A DNA stretch of 64,000 nucleotides, from positions 46,068,001 to 46,132,000 of the forward strand of contig NC_087437.1 in NCBI RefSeq assembly GCF_036321535.1. Reading direction: 5' to 3'. Positions 35,911-50,030 of the stretch are shown here, in pieces; the stretch's first letter is position 1, and each line of letters starts with the position of its first letter. The notes under the pieces were generated by a model. The model was given only the letters and a program-made list of their open reading frames with translations, made no database searches and had not been told where the DNA came from. Source of the DNA: Camelus dromedarius (Eukaryota). Position numbers and translations under genes: made by a program.

Positions 35911-38139
35911 CCTTGTCATTATTATCATTGACTCTTTATTTGTAGAGATCATCATGAGGATGGTTAGAGGAGAGTTCTTAGGAAAGGGCAGGAGTGGGTG
36001 CTGACCATCTGATTTAAGTCAGGAGTTTCCCCAGCCACTCACATTTGCCCTGATGGGGAGGGAGAATGTGCTTAGTTTTTAGGAGGTTTTCAGCTTACCC
36101 TGATTCCATCTCTCATCTCCATTGAGAATAAGTAAGTTTAGGCAGTCACCTACCTGAAGACAGGTGACTTAATGTTTCTCTTCTAGCTCTGTGTTTTTAT
36201 AAATGTTGATAAAATGTCCAAGCAATCTTTGCATTAAAGAATTAATAGTATTAATCCTACTTTAATAAATTGTTATGGCTCCTTTTGGATTTCAAGAGCT
36301 TTGCACTGTTGTTTTTAATTTTGATTAAGCTTCTTTTCAAAATGTAGGCATGCAAAATATGTTCTCTACTGACTCAAAGGAGAAGAGCAGTGAAAGCTTT
36401 GACCACAAGTCAAAAGCTGAGTAATAAACCTTGTTTATAATACTGCTAAACCTGAATTATGCAAACTAGATGATTTATTTGCTTATGAGTTTTACTTAGA
36501 AAACTAAAATTTTACTTATTCAACTTCAACATCACTGATTTTTAAAAAAATTTCCCGTTTAAAAGTGCATATTTAAAAAAAGTAATTGATACACAGAACT
36601 AGGTTTCACATCCTCACACATGCTGAAAGGTAAAATAAGCTCATTGACATTGTTGATTTTTCATTCCACTTTACTCAGGCTTTCAAAATAATCTTGGTTA
36701 GGGTAAAAGCAATACTGAATTGAAGAGTTTGAAAGAAACCATTTACAAAGTGATCACAATTTTAAATCTTAGTTTAAAAAGTTGATAATATTGCTTTTAC
36801 ATTCATTTAGCCTACTCTAACAAAAAAAATCTATAAATATTTTTTGCTGTGTAACTTTGGAACTCAATGGAAGCCACAGAAATGGAGAAGTTAAGATACC
36901 ACATAGGGGACTGAACGTTTGTAAATGCTGGCTGGAGATGCAGTGTTGAAGCTAGTCAGAGCCTAGATTATTCTTGTACTGGGGAATGGCAGCTTCATTG
37001 AACACAGGTTTGGCTCTGCTGCCATCCTAAGTCACACCTGTGTTAATGAAATGGTCCTCTCAACTCAACACTTAAATATTTACTGTAGAAATAGTCTTCC
37101 TACTGCTATAGCTCAGGGAACCATACGTCAAAATGTGTAGCCAAGTTCTGCAGTATATCTTGGCTGTGTTTGTTTTTAGGACTCATGTTATATAAAAATA
37201 AATCTATCACATTATTTGGGAGTATCCCTAATATGTCTGTTTTCTTTACTACTTATCAGCATAATCATTTCAAATCTGAAACAGGGATAGAAAATAGAGC
37301 ATTTGATTTCAATTTACAATAATGAAGGCCATTATCTCAGAATTTATTATACCATCTTTGCATCATTTGAATGAAAAGAAAAGGGGAGAAAGAGGCCTTT
37401 TCAGAAGAATAAGATATTTCCTCAACCTTCAGCTGATTTGGCAGGACATGCAGGGTGTGGTGTTTTTATTCAGTGAAACTAAGAAGTTGTTTTTATTTCA
37501 GATTCAGCATAGCTGAAGTTCATTCTCTGGGTTGTCTTAATGTGTCACAAATCCCCAAATGGCCAATACAGATTGAGGAAAACAAATACTAATGAACATT
37601 AGTGGAAATATATCAGATCAAAAACCTAATATTTGCTTTCATTTTGGGTTAAAAAAATATTTGTAGTTAAGTTTGTCAAGAAATGCTCATTATGCTTTTC
37701 TGACTTTCTTCATTCTTTTTTTTCTGATTTAACAATGGATCGTTTTTGTACACTTCCCATATTTTTCCCTTCTCAGCAGCATGGTGGAGTTAATTGTGAG
37801 GTAGAAAATTTAGGGTCACTTTTGTGTGTGTCACTTAGTCCTTTTGTCCTCAGCTCTCCATCTGGGAAAGGAGGACTTCTAGGGTGGGAGCAGGTCACAG
37901 AAATCTGCTGTGGAACACTACCGCCCCCCCCCCCCCGCCCCCCGCCTCGGGAACCACTGAGGCAGGTAGGGAGGAGTCCAGGCTCTCCCACTCTCGCTTG
38001 AACCACAGTGCTCTTCCTTGTATCTGTTTATTGTATTCAGCTTAACCATAAGGTTCTGTATATAAAAGATGTTTTGCCAAGAAAAAAAAAATTAATAAAA
38101 CTTGAAACCCACTGTTATCTGTTCTTGGTTCACTTTTTA

Positions 38140-40140
38140 ACTGCCTTCTTTGAATTAATTATTTCTTATGACAGTTTTATCTCCTTTATTACCATATCAG
38201 CTGTATCTCTATGTTATGTTATTTAAGTGGTTTCTTTATTATTTATAGTCTACATCTTTAATTTATCACCGTCTACCTTCAAGTGATACGATTCCATTTC
38301 ACATGTAGTATACCAGCCTTGCTACACTGTACCTTCATTTCTTCCTTCCCAGGCTTTGTGCTTTGATGTCCTACTTTTAAGGTCTCCATATGTTGTGTAC
38401 CCACATGGTTATTATTTTTGCTTTAAACAATCAGTTGTCTTTTGATGATACTTTAAAAATATAACACATTTTTTCATATTTGCCAGTGTATTTTCCATTT
38501 CTGGTGCTCTTCATTCCTTTATGTAGACACAGATTTGCATATACCTTTTTAAAACATTTATTGTAGTGAATGTCTGCTGATGATAAAGCTGTTTTATGTT
38601 TGAAGAAGCCCTTATGTTGCCTTCATTTTTGAAAGATATTTTCACTGGCAAAGTATTCTAGGATGACAGTTGTTTTCTTTCAGTCCTTTCAAGATGATAC
38701 CCCAGATGTTCTAGATTGTGTTCTTTTCAACAAGAAATCTACTTTCATACATGTATCTATTTGTTCTTCTGCATGTAATGTGTCTTTTGTCTCTGGTTGC
38801 TTTTATGATTTCCTAATAATCACTGGTTTTATGTAATTTCCTTATGATATGCTTTGATATAGTTTTATTCATGTGTCTGTACTTGAGTTTTTTCAGGTTT
38901 TGAATCTGTGAATTAATAGTTTTATCAAATTTGAAAAAAATTTAACCATTACTACTTCAACTTTTTGCCTCTTTCCCTTTCCTTTGGGAATTCCAATTAT
39001 ATGTATATTGGTGCTCTTAAAGTTGTCCCATAGCTCACTGAAGCTCTTTTTATTTTATTTGTCAGACTTTTTATCTCATTGTGTTTAACTTTGGAGAGTT
39101 TCTGTTGTTATGTATTCAAATTCAGTAATGTTTTCCTCTGTGATGTGTGATCTGCCATTAATTCCATCTAGTGTATTTTTCATCTCAGATATTGTAATTT
39201 TCATCTTTGGAAATTTAATTTGAGTCTTTATATATTCCATGTCTCTAGTTAATGTGTTTAATCTTTCCTCTAGCTTCTTAAATACATAGAATACAGCTAC
39301 AATAACTGTTTTAATATCCTTATCGACCAAGTATATCATTTATATGAATTGTTGGTCAATTGATTTTTCTAGGCTTCATGGGTCATATTTTCTGCTTCTT
39401 TTCTTGCTTTGTAACTTTTGGTTTGATACCAGACTTGTGATTTTTACCTGTTGTATATTTTTATATTTCTATAAATATTCTTGAGTTTTGTTCTGAGTTG
39501 TGCCTAAATTCCTTAGAAACAGTAGCTTCTTTTGTGACTGGCTTTAAAACTTTGTTAAGAAGGACCAAAGCAATGTTTAGTCTAGGACTAGTTTTCCCCA
39601 CTGTGTAGGCCAAGTCCCCATTTTGAGTGTTCTCACTAACGTCCCCCATGAATTTTGAGATTTTTCTAATTTGGCTAAAGGGAACAGGCAATGTTTTCAG
39701 TCCACCTGAGTATAGGGCATTATTCCTTTTAATATTTTCAGTTTTGTTTTGTGTTTTTAGCTTGGCCTCGGGTGGTTTTCCTACCTGAGTGTAATGATCA
39801 GAATTCAGCTTGAACACCAGGGGTTCCACCCCGCAGGTGTCCAGCTTTTCCCTCTGGTAATCTGCCCTGTGGGTTCTAGCTGCTTCAGCTTCCCCACCTT
39901 CACACTTCTGTCTCCTCGACTCAGGGAGACAGTCAGGCTCCTCTTGGTCCTCCCTCACCCATCCCCAGGGCGAAGCCTAAACATTTTTTCTAGGCACAAA
40001 ACTGAGGCCATCACCAAACTAACCTTATTTGTTTACCATCTTTAAGGGAACACTGTCCTTTGTTGCCTGATGACCAAGGTTTTGTGAACCATTGTTCATA
40101 TGAAGAAATGTTTATCTGTTTCAGGAGGGAGGACAAATTC
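38140..40140 (-). mobile_element. Ancient L1 (L1MC/MD-like) 5' region with ORF1 remnant
   Basis: ORF 39085-39339 (KITISEMKNTLDGINGRSHITEENITEFE) is an L1 ORF1 coiled-coil peptide; flanks are L1 antisense text. Confidence 0.8.
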
Positions 40141-40149
40141 AGTTACATT

Positions 40150-40275
40150 CAGCCCTAGGCATCTGGTGGGGATTAGTTCCAAGTTTCACCACCCTGTTTC
40201 CTGTGGGTACCAAAATCTATGGATGCTCAAGTCTCTTCTGTAAAATGGCATATCCTTCTATATACTTCAAATCAT
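40150..40275. mobile_element. MER2-like (TcMar-Tigger) fragment
   Basis: ggggattagttcca...taccaaaatctatggatgctcaagtc..t..taaaatggcata. Confidence 0.7.
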
Positions 40276-40573
40276 CAAAGTAGGTTGGATGTGGGGTGGG
40301 GAAAATGAGTTCCAGGTTTGTATACAACCTGTGAGTTGTCCAGATGGCGCTGACTAGGAGGCAGGTAGAAATACGGATCTGGAGCTCAGGAAAGAGAGAG
40401 CATGGCTAGAACTATAGATTCTGGACAAATCCTCACAAAGGCTAGTGCCCAATGAAAAGAAGTATTTATCTCCAGTTTTGTGAATAGAAATTAAATGTGC
40501 ACAACTTGGTAATGAATAAAATTATTCCACTCCAAAAGGATTTATTGATGTTAATACTGGCTTCTGTTCACTG

Positions 40574-40576
<3 letters not shown>

Positions 40577-40608
<32 letters not shown>
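40577..40608. repeat. (TG)16 microsatellite
   Basis: Directly visible perfect repeat. Confidence 0.97.
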
Positions 40609-40610
<2 letters not shown>

Positions 40611-42264
40611 CATTTTCTTTTTCTCTGTTAGATTGGGAGGAAACAAAAACTTCAACCTTAAAGAGTAATGTTTTGTAACATCCTATCATAGACTAGCATT
40701 TCCAACTTTACTTTAGAATTTATAACAATAAGTAAAAGGAGTAGGCTAAATCATCTGCTTTTCTCTCAGTTTCTAAAATTGCATGTTTGCAGGCCAATAT
40801 AACATATATCAAAAATTTTATAAGAATACTGAAAAAAGTGGCAATTTGTTATATGCTTTGATACATCATGTAGCTCTTGAATTCACTGGAATTAAATGAA
40901 TAAATGATACTATTATTAATATAAATCTTATGGTATTTCAAAACTTGTCTCAAGCTGAAACTTTCAGTATTATAAATTTTTACTTTCAGTATTATACATT
41001 TCTCTAGTCAGTGGTTTGGAACCTATGTCAGAAGGATGAGAAAATATAGAGTAAAACCTATTCGGCAACAATTTATGCAGAAATTAGATATGTTTAAGTT
41101 AGATTATATGAGAACTTAGACCAGTGTATTTCTATTATTAGAGGAAAAGTTCAAAACAGTATCATACAGCTGTCAGGCCGTACCAGTGAAGGGTTATCTC
41201 ATGTCACGTCTATCCTGGTCATTTGGAAAATGAGCATTTTAAAGAGAGTTTTGTATTTTCAGGGATGCAAAAAACTAAATATGGGAGGAAGGTCAATAGT
41301 CAATGGTAAATAATATTCTTATTTACTACTAAATACTTATTTAATATGTAGTCTACCTGACCTTCATTAATACAAGCTCCCTCTGAAGTCACAGTAGTCT
41401 TGGGGCAAAGTGGAGAAGTTATTTGAATGAGAGTACCCTGTTTATTGTTCCTTCAGCTCAATAATATCTCTGGATCTTATTTTTAAAAGTTAGTTATAAA
41501 ACTTTAACTTTTCTTAGGGAATGCCCTTTTATAAGCAAATTTATATCAACCGTGCAAAATTTAATAATTAGGTTGAAAATAAACCAAATCCACCCATAGA
41601 GAGAAGCTCAGTCTGATTTACAAATGGAACTGAAGTATGAGACTCAATGAAAGAATTTAGGAAAACATGAAATTTAGGATGATACTTGATTTCCTTTTAG
41701 TTTCCTTTTTTTTTTTTTTTGTCTTTTCAGTTCTTCAGAACTATCAGTATATGGTAATAAAACAATTAGATTTTTAGCAACATAGTTCATGACAAAGCTT
41801 AATTCTGTTTCCTAATAATTCATTTATTGTTTGGTTAAGAAAATCATGGGTTTATCTCTCATACTCTTGCAGCAAAGTAGTGTCTTATGAAGTAATAAAT
41901 TTGTGTGTGTGTGCGATAACTGAAGACATCCCTCTTACTTAAATTTTAACGATTCAATTCACTTTGGGTACAGATCATTCTAAAATGCACTATATAGTTT
42001 CTTGTTCTTTGTAACATCATGATGCAAATGAAAAAATAAATTTCTGAATCTCCTGCCATTTAAAAACTGATTTTACTTTTGTGTTTGTCTCAAATTTTGT
42101 GTCATTTGCATGCAGAATTGTAAAATAGGAATTATTTAAAGATATAATTGATATAACCTACTAATTTCATAGTAGTTCAAGATGTTTAATAGGAGCACTG
42201 TTTTTCAATAGGGCCTCTAATTTTTATTCCAGTAACATTATTACACTGGGAACACTGCAAACAC

Positions 42265-42400
42265 TATAGATTTTAATTCTAGCAAGGCATTTTGACAAGT
42301 CTCTTAAGATATTCTTTTGGGCAAAATGGAGAAATGTTAGGAAGATCAGAGTTCATTTAGGTGTATTTCTAACTGAAGAAATGACCACAAGAATTTCAGA
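42265..42400 (+). mobile_element. CR1/L3 LINE RT fragment
   Basis: agcaaggcattttgacaagtctc..gatattcttttgggcaaaatggagaaatgt resembles CR1 RT SKAFDKVSHDIL.GKMEKC. Confidence 0.6.
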
Positions 42401-42419
42401 TTAAAAAATTAAAATAACA

Positions 42420-43740
42420 TTGTGTGTTTTCCCCTTATTAAAAAACAATTTTGTGTTATCTGTAGACCTTCTGGAAAATACAGATAAGTACAAAGAAGAA
42501 AATGGAAACCACAAACAAAACCAAATCCAAACCTACATTTGGCCACTCTTCACATTTTGGTATATATGTTAATATAAAATAAAATCATATGTTAATCTTC
42601 TGGGGATTTTTTTTTTTTTGCTTGAGTATATCAGAAGCATATTTCTTTGTCATAGTTTTCTCACAGTATCATTTTAAACAAATGTGTGATATTTTATCAG
42701 GTGGAGATAGCTTAATGCTTTTACCAAGTCCTCTGTTGTTGTTTCCAGTATTTTTGTTATTAAAATCAGGACAACACATTGACTTTTTCAAAGGCCTTTT
42801 TAGCATCTGTTAAGTTTCTTAAGTGATTTTTCTCTGTTAACTTTTTGCTGTGTGGTGAAGTATTTTTAATTTTAAATCATTTTTGCATTTCTGGAAATCC
42901 CCTTATTTGGTCATGGTGCTTATTTTTATTTCATTTTAGTTATGGAAATTTTCAAATAACTATAAAGTGTAGGGAATAACATAATGAATCTTCATATAAC
43001 CTACACCCAAATTGCATAATTATCAACATTCTTGTTTCAGCTCCTCACTCCTCTCCTTTTTGGTGGAATGTTTTAAAGCAAATTCTAGGACAGTCTGCTA
43101 TTTTACCCATAACGACTTTAATGTGGCCCTAACAAGAACAATACCATTATGACATCTAACAAAAGTACCAATTAATGCTAATTTTGTAGAGTCGTCTAAT
43201 AACCTATCCAAGTGCAATTTTCTCCAGTTGCCACAAATATTGGGGTTTTTTGAATTGTTAGTTTAAGAAGTCTCTTAATCAACAAGAGTCCTCCCTTTCT
43301 TTTTCTTTTTTTCATGCTTTTTTGAAGAAGTGGGGTCATTAGTTGAATCTATTGCATTAGAGATTTGATTGATTACATCCTTGTGGTTGTAAACAGTCTC
43401 CTTTTCTCTGCATTTCTATAACTGGTAGTTAGACGTAGAGGCTTGATTAAACTAAAGTTCAAATTTTAAGCAAGGATATGACAGAGGTGGTGCTGTATCC
43501 TTGATTTTGTACCACGTTAGGAGTCACGTGCAATCTATTCTACTTTCAGTCACGTCAAGATTGATCAGTGGTTTCGTGTGTTGCAGTCTGATCCCTTCTT
43601 TATTAAGGTCCCCATCATTTGTGGATCCTTTCAGTTCAGTGCTGGATTTGATTGGCTACTATTTTATTTAGGCTTTTTAAAATCTGCAGTTCATAAGTGA
43701 GTTAGTTCTCTTGGTTTCTTTCTGCGCATTATCTTTGACA
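42420..43740 (-). mobile_element. Cluster of ancient L1 3' fragments (L1ME/MC-like)
   Basis: atggaaattttcaaata..tataaagtgtagggaataacataatgaa; tataactggtagttagacgtagaggcttgatta; ccccttatttggtcatggtg. Confidence 0.6.
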
Positions 43741-46374
43741 GGTACAGGAAACAGGATTAAAGACTAGGGAATCCAAAGAGGATGGTACTTTGATGTCAGT
43801 CAACCTGATTTCCATCTCAGAAGGCTCTAATCATCTGTCTGAGATAGGCACAGAACTCCAGTGCCTGAGGGGGAAACTGGCAAGAATATGATCAGAACCA
43901 AATCAGATGCCTGTCCTGAGAAAAGGGAACATAATTTAGAGTGATCTCTAGTGTTCAGGTGGCACTGCAGTCTCCCTCTATTCACTGGGGTCCTAATTTC
44001 CAGATCCAGTTAGTATCCAGAGGCTCTGAGGGGAACAGTACAGGAGAGCTGCCTCCAGCCTGTCAATGATAGCACTCCTCATATCTGGAAAAACAGAAGG
44101 GCATTTCATTCTTTCTAGATGACAGATAGTCGATTGTTTTGCATGAGTGTTGTCTCAGGACTTCACTTATTCAACATTTTTTTCTCACTGTTTGCTGCCT
44201 GTGTTTTTTTTGTTTGTTTGTTTTTGATGGTAATACTTTAAGAAACATTTCTTATTGCCAGAAGGCTGACTTCTTGATAGGGAAGACATTATATCTTGTA
44301 CACATGGGTGTGCGCGTATAATCATGCACTTGAGGTGATCTTAGGAGGTGACATCCTAAGGCTCAAAGGGAGGGAGATGAGAGATGACTTTCAGAGGTAA
44401 GATATTTGGGGCTACAGGACACATCAAGTCAGCAGGAAGCCTTTCCCTCTATGTTACCTTCCTTCATTGTGTTCCTGACCTGGGGCCTCCGGATTCCTTA
44501 TCATTCCTCATCTTATTGCTAAAATCCTGAAACTTTAGATAATGTGCTTTAACAATGCTCTGAAACAATCTCTGCCAACAATTTCATTCTGAATGTCTAG
44601 GCAGGTTCATTAATGAGGTTAGTTTAAGACCTATTTTCCAAGCCTGCCTACTTTGTTCAATCATTACTCCATCAGAATTCTTTGAACCCTCTTGTGCCAG
44701 GCACTGGCTAATGCTGGGCATACACCAAGACCAATAGACACGTTTCCTGCCTCCCAGCAAAGAGAAAGGTGTAAGCAAATAATTATGACAAATGTGAACG
44801 TGGGAGTATGGAGGAGGAGAAACTACTTCTCCTTGGAGGAGGTGCTGTTTCTCTTGGGTTCCAGTGATTCTTCTGATCCTCCCAAACTTTAAATCTCTAC
44901 TTTCAGTGGGGCAGTTTATTCTGTCCCTCTGGTTTGGGGCAGGAAGAAGATCTAGGTAAAGTACCTTTAAAAAAACTAGCTCCCCAAGGTGAAACAGAAC
45001 CCTTTCTTGATATTCCTGTGCTCTTTTCTCATGCAAAAAAAACCCAAAAAACTTTCCTCTTCTACCTCATCTGGAGGGCAGTGGCCAAAATGTCTGTTCT
45101 TATAATAAGCAGCAGTTCAAATTCAAAATGATGCCACTGTCCCCTTTTTTGCACTGCAGAATATTTAAAAATGGTTGCTTTTTTCCCCCTCCACTCTTTT
45201 TCCTGTATCCCGACAATTACTAAAACTGTACAACTAGTAACAACTAAAATTAGAAGAGTCAGAGCCTCTTTTAAAGTAGGAGCCTGTTGGGAATATGCTA
45301 AGAGGAGGCCTGTGATGCAGTGTGAACATCATAATATCTTGATCTTGCCTATTTTATTATCTGGCTTGTTGCCCATCTGCAGAAGCAAGGATGACACTAA
45401 ACCAAAGTCCTGGTCTCCCAGTGCAATGGAAAGTTGCCATCTCCACCTCTGTGGGGCGAACTGAATAAGTGATGAATAAGCATATTTCTAAAATGTTCGC
45501 AACTGCTTGTTTATCCACAATAGGAATTCCAATATCCATGTAGTGGGAGCCCCCACTTTATTCTGGAGACTCTCTCACTTCAGCTTACAAAGAAGCCTCC
45601 AAATGGGGAGCTATGTCCTGTTCTTATGTATAGATACTGATTGGGGATGGGTCACAGAAATAAATGGTAAAGAAAGAACATGGTATTATTGTTCTGCTCA
45701 CTGTTCTATTTTGAAAATACCTGCATTGTAAAGAACTTTTAGGAAGGCTGTCAATGTTGCCACATTCCCGGGGAAGAGTGTTTTTCTCAGGAGCCAGTCC
45801 TTTGAAAAATCTCTTCCAGGTAGCATTGGCACACAGGTCTGCCTAAATCCTCATTCTCAGCATGACATTAGATAGAACTAGGAAGTCCACGTTTTGGTCT
45901 AAAGATTGACCCATATGACTCCTCCACTGAAAGACAGGAAGTGGCTCACTATGTTTTTGTAACACATGATCTGAGAAGTGGAAAGCATTCTGTGTAATGG
46001 GCACATGCTGAGACAGCAATTTTTGAAAAAAAAATCATTGTTTTGACTTCCTGACAGTCACATCTAAACAATGTGTTTAGTCTCTGCTCTCAGCACTCCA
46101 GGAAGGGCTCTGTATCCTGTTTCTGTGTTTGGGAGAAGAAGACTAGAAGCTGGGCAAAATGCCACTTAATAGACTGACGTATAGTTATGTGACCTCAAGG
46201 GAGACTGAGGTTCCACAGTACCTAGGGACAGAAAGAGGTTGAGTTCTGGAGGAGGTTTAATTCTTAAAGATTTTTAAAACCCAGAATAATGAAAGGTGTG
46301 CATCAAAATTACATATTTTAATTTTGGCTTGTGTTTAAAAATATTTTATTATCAACTTTTAATTTATATGCTAA

Positions 46375-47028
46375 TATCTGTCAGGGTCCAGTTAGGAAGA
46401 GAGAAACCACACGAGGTATTTTAAACAGAGGGGATTCAATATGCAGGATTAATTGCCTGAAAGAAAGAAAAAGATGGTGAGGTAATCCAGAGGTCAGTAA
46501 AGCAGAAGTAGCCACCACGACTAGAGCTGGGAGAACAGACAACAAAGGTGGAGAGGAGAGAGCAGCAGGGAGAGTGGAGTGTGCGGGAGAGGCCGTGGCG
46601 GATCTGTGCTGAGTGGGCTGAGACAGTGCTGTGCTGCTGCGCTCGGACCACCGAGGGCACCGCTCAGCTGGCGCAAGCCTCTGAGGGGGTCCGCAGGGCT
46701 AGTTCTGGGCTGCTGGGGCTTCTGAGAGGGCAGCATGGCTGTGTCCAGACCTGAGGGGTTCTGCCCGGCTGGCTGTCCCGGAGTGCCAGAAGGGGCAAGA
46801 GTCTTTGCTGTCTGTTCATGCTGGAGAGATGCCGACAGCTGATGCAGGCAGGAAAAATCTCTTCTCTTCCCCTCCCTTTCAGTCTCCCCCATAGTGCCTC
46901 TCACTGGCAGAATCTAAGGGGAACAAACTGGCCAAAAATTCTGGGAAATGTGGTTCTCATATCCCTAGCCCCAGAGCCAGAGCATGAAGGAGAAAGGTGA
47001 GAGACAAGAGTGAATAAACAACCACACA
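46375..47028 (-). mobile_element. ERV-L class LTR (3' LTR of the decayed provirus)
   Basis: tctgtcagggtccagttaggaagagagaaaccacac...ttcaatat start typical of class III LTRs; directly abuts ERV-L internal sequence. Confidence 0.65.
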
Positions 47029-50000
47029 TCTGCACCCTGCCCCTCGGCTACCTTTTCCACACACACTCTTCTACCCATTTTAAAACTTTTGTACTACAGT
47101 AATACCAACGTCTTGCTTCTGTCTAGCAAGTTATAACTTCCCCTTGTGAAAATACACTTTCACCTTCTGCTCCCCAAAATGGAGACACGTATCTCTAATG
47201 CTCTTCGTGTCCATCTGCAAGTAGTGTTAATTATCTTTTTCTTTTTTTCCTTAAAGACTATTACATTGTAAATTTAATTGTCACCAACAGTGTTTATATA
47301 AAATAATAAGGAATTAGGAGGAAAAAAAAAGAATAAAAACAAATGAGGAAGAAAAGTTTCATATCTGCTACTTTATTTCTGGAACTGGTCACAAAGCCAC
47401 AGATGATATTTATAAATTCCTTTTTCTACCACCCATTCTACAGTCCCTTTCCCTTTACTCAGCTGGTCAGTGTTCTTTCCCTGGTGAGGTGACCCAAACC
47501 TTCATTCTTGAAGCTCTGAAGGGTCTGAATTCTTTTTCAGTCCTGTCTTTTTTGGACGTAATGAATGACCAAGAGAGTCCTCTCATTCCTGGATCTAGTT
47601 TCTCCTGCCAGCACTGTGTAGCAACCAGTGCAGGTCCACAGAATTGATCACCCAAACCAAGTACAGTAACTCCTTCCTTTGTCTGCTGGTTCAGTGACAT
47701 GAGGAACGCAGACTGTCAGATGGCAACCTCAACGTCCAATTCAATAGAAAAATTGTCATCCTTCCTTTAGGAGCTAAGCTCTCTAACATGTGCCCATTAC
47801 ACAAAGTTGTGAGAATAGGAAGCAGAATTTCTGCAAGTGGATTATTAAGGGTAACGGAGAAACTACTGTCATTTTCATCTTTTTATTTCCAGACCCATGG
47901 ATTCTGGCTATGGAAGAAAAAGCACCATGTTTTGGTCATTGGTTTAAAGAATATACTGCATCCTGCAGGATAGTGTTCACCTCATGAGGTGTTCTTTCAA
48001 CTAGAACCATAACTGAATCCCTAGGAGGTCATGCTGCCTTTTTCTCAGGCCAACTGCTTCTAGGTTTGAGTGGCAAGACCAGCAGATACCACGGGCACAA
48101 ACCTACTGCTGTACTTTTTTTTTTTCCATATGAAATGAGTTGCTTAGTCTGAAGCAATTTGTATGGGATGCTGTAAAGATGAATAAGGCAACCCATAAGT
48201 TCACGGATGGTGTGTTCACAGAAATATTGCATAAAGAGAAGACAAGTCAGTATCTAGAGAAAGTGCCTATTCCAGTGAGGACAATTGTAGCCCCTCCATT
48301 ATGGAAGGGGCCTGATGTAGCTGGTGGCTGACTTGTCCCCTTCGCCACCAATTGGTGCCATAACAGAAACCACTATTGGCTTCTGCTGTTGTTAGCTTGA
48401 GCACTTGGTACTGCTCACCAGGTCACTGGTGGCCAGATCACGATTGGTGATGGGAACTTCATGTTGTTGGGACCATATGCAGCCTCCATTCCTGCTGTCA
48501 TGTCTTGCGTACATGAACCTATTTCCAAGTACCTGGGTGTTTGGAGAAAGAAACTGACAGATATTGAATAAGCTTGCTTTTCTTCCTAATTATTGAGAGC
48601 TCCGTCTACAGCATATGCTTTCATGAGCATTCACATAACACTTAACATTCATGCATATCCTCATGCTCTGTGCTGTCTACATACTGCTTTGCAGATTATC
48701 TTCCAATCCTTTCTTTCCAAATCTCTGATGATCCAGCCAAACCATTAGTCAATACCCATGAAGCCGTGTAGGTCTGTCCATATCCTGGGCCATTTCTCAG
48801 TCTACTCAAAGTGGACATTGTGATATATTGGTTAAAATTCTTCCTGCTGAGAGGATTTCCCTTCTTCAGTGTTTTTTTGTTTGTTGTTGTTTGTTTGTTT
48901 TGGTTTGGTTTTTGTTTATATGTTTTTATTGAAATATAGTGAGTTTACAGTGTTGTGTCAGTTGTTCTTTCCAGTTTTGGTTTAGCACACTCCTGGTTGT
49001 GGCTGAGGTGCTCTATTCCTAGTTGCCAGTATATTGAGAAAAAACATCTGTAAACCAGACCCTTCCTCAGCCATTTGTTCACAGGGAGAGCTCCATAAAA
49101 CCTAGCATTGGCTGAAGGAGGGATGGCAATGCAGCAGAAGAATGTGTCATAAAAGCCTGAACCATCAGCGCATGTGACTTTATTGTTCCCTCAGGATCAG
49201 TTTGAGACGAATTTTACACATACCATTTCCCCTTGGTGATGAAGTGTTGCTATGCACACTTAATTTTGTGACCTAATGAATCAGATAACACCCAGTCAAT
49301 TATGGGCAACTCAAGCCACGGGGCCAGGGGTTCATACTCTGTAAGGTCACATAGCAAGGCAGGAGCAGTTTCTCAAAAGGAGAACAGCCATCTGGAAGAG
49401 AGGGCACCACTTTACTTCAAGCCCTCAGGTATGCACCATGGTCACCTTTTTGGGGTTTGCCCTGGGCTCTGTACAGGATCCTTATTTACTGGAGAAACAT
49501 CAAGTTCTACTAGACCTGCTGGTTGTAAGGCCCATGCAGCAGTGGAGCTTGTGCTGGGTTAGTCTACCAGTCCACATCCTGGACTAGCTGTAGAGCTTTC
49601 TTTTACTTGGCCTCTCAAATCTGGCCGCATTGTGGTTTATACACTGAATTGATCAGAGCAGCACAGTCAAATATGCCATACATTGTCTCCAAACTACAGA
49701 GGCCCACCAAGTGGGGAAAACTGTTCATGGTTACAGTTGGTGCAAGGTACACCTTGCCTTTCACTTTGAAGGACTACCCTGGTATGATCCAGAATATTGG
49801 ACTCCTAGAAACCTCATCTAGGTGGCTGTCTTCTAGGTTTCATGGGTTTTTACTTCTACCCTTTGATAAGCATATTTTTTGGGCATCTAACGTAGTCTAT
49901 GCTACTATTGTTCATCAAACATCATTCAGTGAAGCAGTTTGATCTCTTGTGGGGTCATGGTTCCTGCAGACTAGATTATGCCAAGAGATTTGATATAGAC

Positions 50001-50030
50001 CTGAGACAAAGTGGTGAAGGTTTTTTTCTG
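47029..50030 (-). mobile_element. Decayed ERV-L internal region (pol: RT, RNase H, IN, dUTPase-like)
   Basis: Minus-strand peptides: TFTTLSQVYIKS (~50000, cf. FTVLPQGYINS), SPFEKLLLPCY (~49365), ELPIIDWVLSD (~49290), LQDAVYSLNQ*PKHGAFSSIARIHGSGN (~47885-47970), LNWTLRLP and MSLNQQTKEGVTVL (~47660-47745). All ERV-L-like and in pol order. Confidence 0.85.
48871..48962 (-). mobile_element. Short L1 3' tail inserted in the ERV-L pol
   Basis: (GTTT)n tail followed by tttttattgaaatatagtgagtttacagtgttgtgtcagtt, similar to the L1 3' terminus at 10464-10500. Confidence 0.7.

Noticed and set aside
40960..41001. Tandem duplication of ACTTTCAGTATTATA with 22-bp period
   Set aside because: Ordinary two-copy slippage duplication; not an array and no spacers.
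41263..41305. Possible 43-nt exon (TTTTCAG|...ATG|GTAAAT)
   Set aside because: Weak donor and short pyrimidine tract; indistinguishable from a pseudo-exon without transcript data.
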